The notes beneath the pieces are model-generated. The model saw nothing but the letters and a program-made list of their open reading frames with translations. It did not search any database and was not told the origin of the DNA. The position numbers and the translations under genes are program-made. 64,000 nucleotides of DNA from Verrucomicrobiales bacterium (lineage in GTDB: Bacteria > Verrucomicrobiota > Verrucomicrobiia > Limisphaerales > UBA1100): NCBI GenBank assembly GCA_005809105.1, contig SYLI01000068.1, forward strand, positions 4,294 to 68,293, given 5' to 3'. Shown in pieces: positions 1-8,784 of the stretch; within the stretch, counting starts at the first letter, position 1, and the number at the start of each line of letters is the position of its first letter.

Positions 1-242
1 ACGCGCGCGCCAGGAAATTGGCGCAGGGCCACGGGCAGGGCGCCCACGTGGTCGTGGTGGCAGTGCGAGAGGGCGATGGCGTCCACCGCAAGGCCCGCGG
101 CGGCGGCGAACAGCGGCAGGGCGGCGTTCCCGTCGTGCTTGGGGTGCATGCCCGCGTCGAGGAGCAGGCGGCAGCCGTCCACTTCCACGAGCCAAGCGCT
201 GGCGCCGATGTCGTCGGCGCAGTTCAGGTTGGTGATCCGCAT
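1..242 (-). CDS. MBL-fold metallo-hydrolase, N-terminal part only (possibly beta-CASP RNA-metabolising type); continues past the left edge
   Basis: Hand translation of the minus strand from ATG at 240-242 gives MRITNLNCADDIGASAWLVEVDGCRLLLDAGMHP...IALSHCHHDHVGALP. This carries the HxHxDH zinc motif of the metallo-beta-lactamase fold. It is absent from the ORF track because no stop lies inside the window. Confidence 0.7.
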   Translation of the reverse strand, partial: MRITNLNCADDIGASAWLVEVDGCRLLLDAGMHPKHDGNAALPLFAAAAGLAVDAIALSHCHHDHVGALPVALRQFPGAR

Positions 243-251
243 GAACGCAGG

Positions 252-1007
252 CTAGGGCTTGGGCGCAGGCAGCCGGCCGGCGGCTTCCTTGAGCACGGCC
301 TGAAGCGAAGGGAATTTCTTGTAGGTGGCTGGCGGGGCGAACGCGGCGGCGTCCGGCGGCGTCCACTGCACGGTGGAGAGCAGCATGCGCGCCGTGAAAC
401 GCCCTTCGGGCATCTCGCACTGGATGGGCATCGCGTTGAGCGCGTCGGCCCGCCACACGCGCAGGCGGATGGGCTCGCCCTTCTCGGGCGTGAGCGTCAC
501 GCGCTGGCGCTGGCAGGACAGGCCCAGGATTTTCTCGGTGCCGTCGGGCTCGACGGCCGCCTTCAACTTGGCGTTTAACACCGCCGCGTCGCGCGGGGGC
601 ATGGGGATGTCGCAATACGCGCGCAGGGCGGGGTACATCGTGCGCAGGATGTTTTGCTTGGGCAGCAGGCAGGCCGACGACTGATCCATGCCCAGCTGGC
701 GCAGTGCCGCAATCGACTGCGGAGTGAGTTTGTCACTGCGCACCTGGGCCAGATTGATGTCCATCCGGGCCATCCCCTCGCGGTAGGCGAATTCCATCTG
801 CGAACGCATGACTTCTTGGGCGCCCACGCCCAGCAGTCGCAGGTCGGCTTGGGCTGTGAAGGGTTTCTGCCCTTCCAGCAAGAACAGGACGACGGCCAGC
901 CCGCCGGTGCCATCGGGCAGCGCCGGAGGCGCCGGTGGCGGGACAGGGGCCGCCGCAGACATGCGTCCTGCAAGCGTCAGGCAAAACGCCAGCACCATTG
1001 CTCTCAT
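252..1007 (-). CDS. hypothetical exported protein
   Basis: 251-aa ORF. The N-terminus MRAMVLAFCLTLAGRMSAAAP looks like a signal peptide and is followed by a Pro/Ala linker. No catalytic motif recognised. It ends 9 nt upstream of the MBL gene start on the same strand. Confidence 0.55.
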   Translation of the reverse strand: MRAMVLAFCLTLAGRMSAAAPVPPPAPPALPDGTGGLAVVLFLLEGQKPFTAQADLRLLGVGAQEVMRSQMEFAYREGMARMDINLAQVRSDKLTPQSIAALRQLGMDQSSACLLPKQNILRTMYPALRAYCDIPMPPRDAAVLNAKLKAAVEPDGTEKILGLSCQRQRVTLTPEKGEPIRLRVWRADALNAMPIQCEMPEGRFTARMLLSTVQWTPPDAAAFAPPATYKKFPSLQAVLKEAAGRLPAPKP

Positions 1008-1089
1008 GGCCTGACGCTAGACCAAGCCGGGCGCGGCGGAAACCCAAATCCGCTGGACTTCACGGCGGCCGGCCGCGACGCTCCCGCCC

Positions 1090-2286
1090 TTGGGGAGGAT
1101 GACGGCCGCCGCGACGAAAACTTGGGTGCATGTGCTGGAGGGGATGAACGCCTTCGCGTGCACGTTTTATTTTCAATACCTCCTCTTCCACCTGCGCGAC
1201 CAGTTCGGGTTTGGGCAGCGCGAGAGCCTGCTCTTTCTGGCACTGCACGGGCTGATTTACACGGGCGCGGCTTGGGCCGGCGGGCGCTTTGGGCAGCGGC
1301 GCGGCTACCTTGCGGCATTGCAACTGGGCTTCGCGGGCATGACTCTCTCGGTGCTGGTGGCCGGAGCTTGGCCGGCGCACTGCGCGGTGCAAATTGGCGC
1401 CATGGTGTGCTGGACGGTCTCGCAGTGCATGACATGGCCCATCATCGAGGCGCTCGTAAGCGAGAACGAATCGCGCGCGGGCGTCGCACGGCGGGTGGGG
1501 CTGTACAATGTCATCTGGGCGGCGGTGGGCGCATTGGCCTATTGCTCGGGCGGCGCCCTCATTGAACGACTCGGCCCGGGCGCCCTCTACGCGTTGCCTG
1601 CGGGACTGCACCTCGCGCAACTCGTGCTGCTCTCACGCATCGCACCGGGGGTGCGCGAGGCACATGCGCAGGCTGGTCGGGTGCCGGTCGAGACGGCCGT
1701 GCCGGAGGCCGCCGCATTCCAACAGAAGGTGCCGCCGGCCCTGTTCCTCAAAATGGCTTGGCTGGTCATTCCCTTCACGTACATCGCCATCAACACTCTG
1801 CTGGCGGTCGTGCCGCAGCGGTCGCTGGCGCTGGGGCTGGACACGGCGAAAGCGGGGGCGTTCTGGGCGGTATGGTTCTTTGTGCGCCTGGCGTCGTTTG
1901 TCCTGCTGTGGCAGTGGACGGGCTGGCACTACCGGTTTCGTTGGCTGGTGGCCGCCTTCGGCGCATTGGCGGTCAGTTTCTGCGTCCTGATGCTCTCGCA
2001 GTCGTTGCCGGTGTTGGTGGCGGCGCAGGCGGTGTTTGGCTGCGCGGCCGGCCTGATCTACTACTCATCGCTCTTCTACGCCATGGACGTGGGCGAAGCC
2101 AAGGGCGAGCACGGGGGCATCCACGAGGCGGTCATCGGCGCGGGTATTTGCACCGGGCCTGCGCTGGCGGCGCTGACACTGCATTTGTTGCCAGACCAGC
2201 CCGAGAGCGGGGCGTGGGCCGTGGCGGTGATGCTGGCGTTGGGCTTGGCGGCGCTGGGCGTGGTGCGCGCGCGGGCCGCTCGCTGA
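1090..2286 (+). CDS. polytopic membrane transporter, probably MFS
   Basis: 398-aa ORF, hydrophobic throughout with about 12 helices by eye. The GRFGQRRG loop resembles MFS motif A. Confidence 0.6.
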   Translation: MGRMTAAATKTWVHVLEGMNAFACTFYFQYLLFHLRDQFGFGQRESLLFLALHGLIYTGAAWAGGRFGQRRGYLAALQLGFAGMTLSVLVAGAWPAHCAVQIGAMVCWTVSQCMTWPIIEALVSENESRAGVARRVGLYNVIWAAVGALAYCSGGALIERLGPGALYALPAGLHLAQLVLLSRIAPGVREAHAQAGRVPVETAVPEAAAFQQKVPPALFLKMAWLVIPFTYIAINTLLAVVPQRSLALGLDTAKAGAFWAVWFFVRLASFVLLWQWTGWHYRFRWLVAAFGALAVSFCVLMLSQSLPVLVAAQAVFGCAAGLIYYSSLFYAMDVGEAKGEHGGIHEAVIGAGICTGPALAALTLHLLPDQPESGAWAVAVMLALGLAALGVVRARAAR

Positions 2287-2349
2287 CGGGCGCGCGGGGA
2301 GTTTTCCGCGTTGCGCGAGGGGTGGTTTTCTACTACTGCTGGCGGCCGC

Positions 2350-3120
2350 ATGGCAACCCTCGAGGGCAAGCTGGGAATCGTCTTTGGCGTGGCCAACAAG
2401 AGGTCCATCGCTTGGGCCATCGCGCAGGCGTGGCACGCGGCGGGCGCGCGGCTGGCCTTCACGTATCAGGGCGAGCGGCTCAAGAGCAATGTGGAGGAGC
2501 TGGCCGGCGCCTTCGGTGCCGACACGCTGATTCTGCCCTGTGACGTGACGCGCGATGAAGAAATCGCCGCCGTGTTTCAATCGGTCGGCAGCACGTTTGG
2601 CAGGCTGGATTTGATGCTCCACTCGGTGGCCTTCGCGCCAAAGGAGGCGCTCGAGGGCCGGTTTGTCGACACCACGCGGGAGGCCTTCCGCGTGGCGCAC
2701 GATGTCAGCGCCTACTCGCTGGTGGCGCTCGCGCGCGCGGCGGCGCCGCTCATGAGCGGGGGCGGCAGCATCGTTGCCATGAGCTATTACGGCGCGGAAA
2801 AGGTCGTCCCGCATTACAACGTGATGGGAGTGGCCAAGGCGGCACTCGAGGCCAGCACGCGCTATCTGGCGTCCGATTTGGGCACGCAGAAAATCCGTGT
2901 CAACTGCATCAGTGCCGGCCCCGTGAACACGCTGGCGGCGCGCGGCATCGCCGGCTTTTCCGACATGCTTCGCCATTACGAGGCGCACGCGCCGCTTAAG
3001 CGCAACGTGCTGCCCGAGGAGCTTGGAGCCACGGGAGTGTTCCTCGCCAGCGAGGGTGCTGCGGCCATCACCGGCCAAGTGCTCTACGTGGACTGCGGCT
3101 ACCAGATCATGGGAATGTAG
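2350..3120 (+). CDS. fabI: enoyl-[acyl-carrier-protein] reductase (NADH), FabI
   Basis: The segments GKLGIVFGVANKRSIAW, SYYGAEKVVPHYNVMGVAKAALEA (YxxMxxxK) and VNCISAGPVNTLAA give typical FabI end-to-end similarity. Start set at the internal ATG (MATLEGK). Confidence 0.9.
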   Translation: MATLEGKLGIVFGVANKRSIAWAIAQAWHAAGARLAFTYQGERLKSNVEELAGAFGADTLILPCDVTRDEEIAAVFQSVGSTFGRLDLMLHSVAFAPKEALEGRFVDTTREAFRVAHDVSAYSLVALARAAAPLMSGGGSIVAMSYYGAEKVVPHYNVMGVAKAALEASTRYLASDLGTQKIRVNCISAGPVNTLAARGIAGFSDMLRHYEAHAPLKRNVLPEELGATGVFLASEGAAAITGQVLYVDCGYQIMGM

Positions 3121-3136
3121 AGCGCGAGGCGCGCCC

Positions 3137-4264
3137 TCACTTCGCAAACCGGCGGAAGACTTCGAGGCAGCGGTCCACATCCGCAGCAGTGTTGTAGCCA
3201 TGCAGCGCCATGCGCATCCGGCCGGCATTGTGCATCACATGAACCTCGGCCGTCTCCAGTGCGGCGTGCAGCGCCCCGCTCTGGTCGCTCACCACCGCGA
3301 CAATGCCGCTGCACCGGTGCGGATCCTGCGCGGCCATGGGCATGAACCCCAACGCCTGCAGACCCGACTCGAGCCGCAACACCAAAGGATCGGCGTGCGC
3401 GGCGATGGCGTCCACGCCCACGGCGTCCACGTAGCGCAGGGCCGCGTCCAGCGCGTAGATCGCCGCGAAGTTGGGCATCCCCACAGCAAAGCTGGCGGCG
3501 CCGGGTTTTCCCACGGCGCGTTCAAACCGGTCTGGGCCAAAGGCGTTCTCGAGATGGAACCAGCCGCCCGCGCGCGTGGTCATCGCCTTCGCGCACCGTG
3601 CAGGGACGCCCACGATGCAACCGCCGTGAATGCCCAACGTCCACTTGTGCGTGCTGGAAATGACGCAGTCAGCACCCGCGCAATCCAGAGCCACCCGGCC
3701 CAGCGCCTGCGTCACGTCCACCGACACCAGCGCGCGGGGGGCGTGCGAGCGCACGGCGGCCAGAAATGGCGCCCAATCCAGCCGGTGGCCGTTGAGAAAG
3801 CTGACCAGCGACACCTGCACCAGCCGCGTCCGCTCGTTGAGCAAGGGTGTTAAATCCGCCGTCCGCAACGCGCCCTGCTGTGCGCGCCAGAGCCGGGTGA
3901 CGGGGGGCGAGGGGGCGTTGAGCCAGGGCGTGGCGCCGGCGGGAAAATCCAAATCGCTCAACACGACCTCGTCCTGCGGGCCCAACTGCAGCGCGGTGGC
4001 CAGCAGGTTGTACGCCTCGGAGCTGCACGAGCAAAACGAAACCTCTGCGGGGCCAAGGCCAATCATGCGAGCGGCAATTTCGCGGCAACGCTCCACGGCC
4101 GCGTAATGCGCCACGCGGCCTCGCATGCCCTCGGTTTTGTCCCGCATGTACTGGCTCACGGCGTCGTGAACGCAGGTGGGGGGGATGTTCTCCGCGGCGG
4201 TGTTGAGATAGGCCCGGTGAGCCAGCGAAGGAAAGTCGCGCAGTCGGGATTGAGCGGTGAGCAT
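3137..4264 (-). CDS. class V aminotransferase / cysteine-desulfurase-like PLP enzyme
   Basis: 375-aa ORF. SSTHKWTLG is a PLP-lysine motif and the overall layout is class V. It lies 3 nt downstream of the M20 gene on the same strand. Confidence 0.8.
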   Translation of the reverse strand: MLTAQSRLRDFPSLAHRAYLNTAAENIPPTCVHDAVSQYMRDKTEGMRGRVAHYAAVERCREIAARMIGLGPAEVSFCSCSSEAYNLLATALQLGPQDEVVLSDLDFPAGATPWLNAPSPPVTRLWRAQQGALRTADLTPLLNERTRLVQVSLVSFLNGHRLDWAPFLAAVRSHAPRALVSVDVTQALGRVALDCAGADCVISSTHKWTLGIHGGCIVGVPARCAKAMTTRAGGWFHLENAFGPDRFERAVGKPGAASFAVGMPNFAAIYALDAALRYVDAVGVDAIAAHADPLVLRLESGLQALGFMPMAAQDPHRCSGIVAVVSDQSGALHAALETAEVHVMHNAGRMRMALHGYNTAADVDRCLEVFRRFAK

Positions 4265-4267
4265 GAG

Positions 4268-5413
4268 TCAGCGGGGAGGTAGCAGCGCGCGGGCGAGGCG
4301 CACGTACGATTCAGCGCCCGCCTCCAGATCGGTCAGCGCGATGGATTCATCGGCCGTGTGCGCCTGCGCAATGTCGCCGGGGCCAAAGATGATGCTGGGG
4401 ACGCCGCAGGCCGAGAGCTTGCTCGCGTCGCAACCGAAGGCCACGACGTCCGACGCCGCTTGCCCCGTGAGCGCGCAGGCGGTGCGCACCAGCGGATGGG
4501 CGCCGGGTGTTTCAAAGGCGGGACTGGAATGCGCTGGCGGGTTGTCAAAGGCCAGCGTCACGCCAGCAAGGCCGACGCACCGCTCGCGCACATGCGCCTG
4601 CATCGCCTCGTAGGTGGCGGCGCAATCCTGCCCGGGCACGGTGCGGATATCCACCTGTACGCGGCATTGGTCGGGGACGATGTTGATGCCACTCCCGCCG
4701 TCAATGAGGCTGACGGAGCCGGTGCTGGGGCCAAAGCCCTCGCGCGAAAACTGCCGCAGGCCCGTCTCAAAGAATTCGGCCAGCACGGGCAGGGCGCGGG
4801 CCATCCCCAAAATCGCGTTGCAGCCCTTGTGCGGCTCGCTGCTGTGGGCGGCGCGGCCGGCGGCCCGGAGGCTGAAGCGGAAGCTGCCCTTGCAGCCCCG
4901 GACGACGCGGCCGCGCGTGGGCTCGCCCACGACCGCGTAGTCATAATGGGCCGGGCGGCGCAGAAGCGCGAGGATGCCGCGGTACTGCGTCTCCTCGTCC
5001 ACGACGCAGCCCACGGTGAGCGTTCCCCGCCACGTGCCGGGCGAGGCGCGCAGCTGCAGCAGGGTGGAGAGCATGCACGCCAGAGGCCCTTTCATGTCCG
5101 CGGCCCCGCGGCCCCACAACCGCCCCTCGCGCACCTCGCCGCCAAAGGGGTCAATCCTCATGCCGGCCACGCTGACGGTGTCGGTGTGGCCGTTTAACAG
5201 CAGGTGGGGTCCTTCGCCGTTGGCGAGCACGAAGAAAATGTTGTCGCGCGCGGGCAGCACGGCTTGGCGCTCAGGCGCAAGCCCCTGCCCGCGGCCCCAA
5301 GCCTCAAGCCAGTCCACCACGGCGCCTTCGCCCGGGCTGGCGGCGTCATAGTGGGGGTTGACGCTCGGAATGCGGACGAGGGCCTGGGCGATGTCCAGCG
5401 GGGTGGCGCTCAT
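4268..5413 (-). CDS. M20 family metallopeptidase/deacylase (ArgE/DapE-like)
   Basis: LLLNGHTDTV, GRGAADMKG and VVDEE are M20 metal-binding motifs. Start set at the internal ATG (MSATPLDIAQAL); the longer ORF-track N-terminus looks non-coding. Confidence 0.8.
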   Translation of the reverse strand: MSATPLDIAQALVRIPSVNPHYDAASPGEGAVVDWLEAWGRGQGLAPERQAVLPARDNIFFVLANGEGPHLLLNGHTDTVSVAGMRIDPFGGEVREGRLWGRGAADMKGPLACMLSTLLQLRASPGTWRGTLTVGCVVDEETQYRGILALLRRPAHYDYAVVGEPTRGRVVRGCKGSFRFSLRAAGRAAHSSEPHKGCNAILGMARALPVLAEFFETGLRQFSREGFGPSTGSVSLIDGGSGINIVPDQCRVQVDIRTVPGQDCAATYEAMQAHVRERCVGLAGVTLAFDNPPAHSSPAFETPGAHPLVRTACALTGQAASDVVAFGCDASKLSACGVPSIIFGPGDIAQAHTADESIALTDLEAGAESYVRLARALLPPR

Positions 5414-5462
5414 GCGGGGCGACCAACTTATGGGGTTGGCGTTCGGAAGAAAACTGAAAATA

Positions 5463-5999
5463 ATGGGGCCCGTGCAGGAACTTGAGCCATTGCCCGCGCC
5501 CGATGTCCACCACTTTGACGCCGCGCAGGGCTGGCTGGGCCTGCGCAACGCAGCCGAGGCCTTCGCCGAGCTGGCGCGCATCCGGCCGGAGCTGCAGTCG
5601 CACCCGGTGGTGAGGGCGGCGTGGCTGGACGCGTGGATCGCCAACGGCGACTGGGCGCGGGCGCGGGAGGCGGCGCAGGCGCTCTGCGGGGAGTTCCCCG
5701 ACGAGCCGGGCTTCTGGCTGCATCTGGCCTACGCGACGCGTCGGGCGGCCGCGGCCGGCGGGCTGGAGGCGGCCGAGCTCATCCTGCGGGGTGTGGAGGC
5801 GCAATTCCCGAAGCAATGGGTGATCCCGTTCAACCGGGCCTGCTACTACTGCCAGATGGGCCAGCTGGCCGACGCCAAGGGGTGTCTGGCGCGCGCCCTT
5901 GAGGTTGGCGGGGCGCGCATCCGCAGGCAGGCACTGGAGGATGAGGACCTCAAGCCGCTCTGGCCCATGCTCACGCGGATGGGACGCGAGACGGGGTGA
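5463..5999 (+). CDS. hypothetical TPR-like helical-repeat protein
   Basis: Alpha-helical Ala/Leu/Trp-rich repeats (AAWLDAWIANGDWARAREAAQAL..., NRACYYCQMGQLADAKGCLARAL). Start chosen at MGPVQE. Confidence 0.5.
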   Translation: MGPVQELEPLPAPDVHHFDAAQGWLGLRNAAEAFAELARIRPELQSHPVVRAAWLDAWIANGDWARAREAAQALCGEFPDEPGFWLHLAYATRRAAAAGGLEAAELILRGVEAQFPKQWVIPFNRACYYCQMGQLADAKGCLARALEVGGARIRRQALEDEDLKPLWPMLTRMGRETG

Positions 6000-6069
6000 G
6001 GGCGATCCTCTTTGGATTGCGGTGGGGTTGACATTTGTTGGGGCGCCGCCAATCTCGCCGGCGCGAACC

Positions 6070-7185
6070 ATGGGCACCAAAGTTTTCAACATCGGCATTG
6101 TCGGGCTGGGATTTGGCGCGGAGTTCATTCCCATCCATCAGGCGCATCCCCATGCCCGCCTCGTGGCCGTGTGCCGGCGCGACGAGAAGGAGCTGGCCAA
6201 GGTGGCCGACGCCTTCGGCGTGCCAAAGCGTTACACGAGCTATGAGGCGATGCTCAAGGATCCGGAGGTGGACGCCGTTCACATCAACTCGCCCATCGGC
6301 GACCACGCGCCGCAATCGCTGCGCGCCTTGCGCGCGGGCAAGCATGTCATGTGCACCGTGCCCATGGCCACGACGCTGCGCGAATGCGAGGCCCTCTGCA
6401 AGGAGGTGGAGCGATCCGGGCTCAAGTACATGATGGCCGAGACGGTCGTCTACAGCCGCGAGTATCTGTTCCTCAAGGAGCTGCTCGACACCGGCAAGCT
6501 GGGAAAGCTGCAGTACTTGGCCGCAAGCCATCCGCAGGACATGGACGGATGGCCCGCCTACTGGCAGAAGATGGTTCCCATGCACTACGCCACGCACGTC
6601 GTCAGCCCGTGCCTGGGGCTGGCGGGGGGCCGCGCGGAGTACGTGAGCTGCTTTGGCAGCGGCACCGTGCGGGCGGACATCCGGAAGAAATCCGGCAGCG
6701 GGCACGCCGTCCAAAGCTGCCACATCAAGATTCAGGGCAGCGACCTCTCTGCCCACATCTGGCGGTGCCTCTACGACGTGGCGCGCCAGTACCGCGAGAG
6801 CATTGACGTGTACGGCACCAAGCGCAGCTTCGAGTGGACGCTCACCGAGGGGCACCCGCACGTGCTGCACACGGCGAAGAAACCCGAGCACCAAATCGCG
6901 CAGCCCGTGAAGGTGCCCGACTACGCGCATCGCCTGCCCAAGCCGCTGCGCAAGTTTACGCAGTCCATCCAGGACGCGGGGCATCTCTCCTTCGTGCAGG
7001 GCGGCGGCCACGGCGGCAGCCACCCGCACATGGTGCACGAGTTCATCAGCGCGCTTGTGGAAGACCGCGACCCGTGGCCCAACGCCACCACCGCGGCCAA
7101 CTGGACGTGCGTGGGCATCTGCGCGCATGAATCGGCGCGGCGCGGCGGCAAGATTGTGCCGTTGCCACCGTTCACGCTGCGCTAG
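6070..7185 (+). CDS. Gfo/Idh/MocA family oxidoreductase
   Basis: N-terminal Rossmann segment KVFNIGIVGLGFGAEFIPIH, with the typical C-terminal alpha/beta domain. Start at ATG 6070. Confidence 0.8.
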   Translation: MGTKVFNIGIVGLGFGAEFIPIHQAHPHARLVAVCRRDEKELAKVADAFGVPKRYTSYEAMLKDPEVDAVHINSPIGDHAPQSLRALRAGKHVMCTVPMATTLRECEALCKEVERSGLKYMMAETVVYSREYLFLKELLDTGKLGKLQYLAASHPQDMDGWPAYWQKMVPMHYATHVVSPCLGLAGGRAEYVSCFGSGTVRADIRKKSGSGHAVQSCHIKIQGSDLSAHIWRCLYDVARQYRESIDVYGTKRSFEWTLTEGHPHVLHTAKKPEHQIAQPVKVPDYAHRLPKPLRKFTQSIQDAGHLSFVQGGGHGGSHPHMVHEFISALVEDRDPWPNATTAANWTCVGICAHESARRGGKIVPLPPFTLR

Positions 7186-7256
7186 AAAGCAGGCGTCACG
7201 GGGAGCGTTTGCGGTGGCATCGCTGGCCGCCGGCGGGTACGCTCGGCTTCGTGGCA

Positions 7257-8135
7257 ATGGAGCCCCAGCCCGTCGCGTTTCAGAGCAGCCTCGCCGTCGT
7301 TCAGGATCACTCGAGGCACTTTTCCGACTTCACCTTCGTGTATCCGGTCATCTCGCGGCGATCCAAGGGCCTTTCGATCGGCGTCAACGTCAATCCGGAC
7401 AAGGTGTGCAATTTTGACTGCATCTACTGCGAGGTGGATCGGCGCGTTCCCGGCGCTGTCACGCGTGTGGATCTGAACCAGCTTCGAGATGAGCTGAAGG
7501 CGATGATTGCCTTTGCGCGCGATGGCGGCCTCGCCAAGGAGCCCAAGTTTAACGAGGTGCCGTGGCTCACGCGGCAGGTTCGCGACATCGCCTTCAGCGG
7601 GGATGGCGAGCCCACCATGATCACCAACTTTGACGAGGTGGTGCGCGTGGTCGCAGATGTGAAGCGCGAGGCGGGGCTGGCGGCGGCGAAGATCGTGCTC
7701 ATCACCGACGGCGCCGGGCTCGACAAGGCCAGCGTCCAGCGCGGGCTGGCCATCATGGACGCTGAGAACGGCGAAGTGTGGGGAAAGCTCGATGCCGGCA
7801 CGGAGGCGTATTACCGGCTCGTCAACCGCAGCAGCATCCGCTTCGAGCGCATTCTGGACAACCTGCTCGAAACGGCCCGCGTGCGGCCCATCATCATCCA
7901 GTCGCTGCTGATGAAGGTGCATGGCCGGGCGATGGACGGCGCCGAACTGGACGCCTACTGCGCGCGGCTGGGCGCGATCGCCGCGCAGGGGGGCGCCATC
8001 AAGCTGGTGCAGGCGTACACTGTTGCCCGCCCGACACCCGAGGCATTTGTGTCGCGGCTGGATAAGGCCGAACTGGAATCGCTCGCCGACACCATCCGCA
8101 CGCAAACCGGGCTTGTCGTGGAGACCTATGACTAA
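7257..8135 (+). CDS. radical SAM protein (subfamily undetermined)
   Basis: CNFDCIYC is the CxxxCxxC 4Fe-4S/SAM motif. FSGDGEPT and LITDG are typical radical-SAM core elements. Confidence 0.8.
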   Translation: MEPQPVAFQSSLAVVQDHSRHFSDFTFVYPVISRRSKGLSIGVNVNPDKVCNFDCIYCEVDRRVPGAVTRVDLNQLRDELKAMIAFARDGGLAKEPKFNEVPWLTRQVRDIAFSGDGEPTMITNFDEVVRVVADVKREAGLAAAKIVLITDGAGLDKASVQRGLAIMDAENGEVWGKLDAGTEAYYRLVNRSSIRFERILDNLLETARVRPIIIQSLLMKVHGRAMDGAELDAYCARLGAIAAQGGAIKLVQAYTVARPTPEAFVSRLDKAELESLADTIRTQTGLVVETYD

Positions 8136-8784
8136 CGGTCGCGCGGCAGCCAGCCCGTGGGTGCCCCTGCTGGTCGTCTTCGGCGGCGGATTCGTGGTGA
8201 TGGTGCTGGAGATTTACGGCGCGCGCTATCTACTGCCACGCTTTGGCAGTTCGCAGGAGGTGTGGCTGAGCCAGATCGGCGTGGTGCTGGCGGCGCTGGC
8301 GGCCGGTTATTACGTTGGCGGGCGTATGGTGGATCGCTGGCGGCGCCCGGCCGTCCTGGCGGCGCTGTTGTATCCGGCCGGCGTGTGGATTTTCTTTCTG
8401 CCCCGGCTGGGCGCGCCGCTGCTGGGCTTGCACTGGATGCAAGAAGGGCCGGTGGTGGCCGCCAGTGCGGTGGCCAGCAGCGCGCTCTTTCTGCCGCCCT
8501 GCCTCGTGCTGGGGATGCTCTCGCCCTACATGATTGGACTCACGGCATGGGATGTGGATCACGTGGGCGGCGTGAGCGGGCGCATCTACGCGGCGAGCAC
8601 CGTGGGTAGTTTGGCAGGCGTCTTTGCGCCGGTGCTGCTGGTGCCGCAGACGGGTGGACTCAACCTTCCGCAATGGGATCTGGACACGGTGTTCCATGCC
8701 ACGGGCGGTTTGACGATGGGCTTGGCGGTGCTATGCTGGGCGCAGGATCGATGGCGAGCGCAGGTTCAAGTTCACTCAGGCTAG
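8128..8784 (+). CDS. polytopic membrane protein (resembles the N-terminal membrane module of fused membrane/spermidine-synthase proteins)
   Basis: The ATG at 8128 overlaps the radical-SAM stop (ATGACTAA). The 218-aa product has 6-7 hydrophobic helices by eye. Confidence 0.6.
   Translation: MTNGRAAASPWVPLLVVFGGGFVVMVLEIYGARYLLPRFGSSQEVWLSQIGVVLAALAAGYYVGGRMVDRWRRPAVLAALLYPAGVWIFFLPRLGAPLLGLHWMQEGPVVAASAVASSALFLPPCLVLGMLSPYMIGLTAWDVDHVGGVSGRIYAASTVGSLAGVFAPVLLVPQTGGLNLPQWDLDTVFHATGGLTMGLAVLCWAQDRWRAQVQVHSG

Noticed and set aside
5971-7257. 428-aa ORF exactly antisense to the 6070-7185 oxidoreductase gene. Similar long mirror ORFs occur at 16292-17968, 19510-20895, 43136-44119, 46357-48063 and 57081-58637.
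   Set aside because: Their translations are Arg/Ala/Gly/His-rich low-information sequences with no motifs. The opposite-strand partners have clear family signatures. Long antisense ORFs are expected in high-GC DNA because stop codons are AT-rich.
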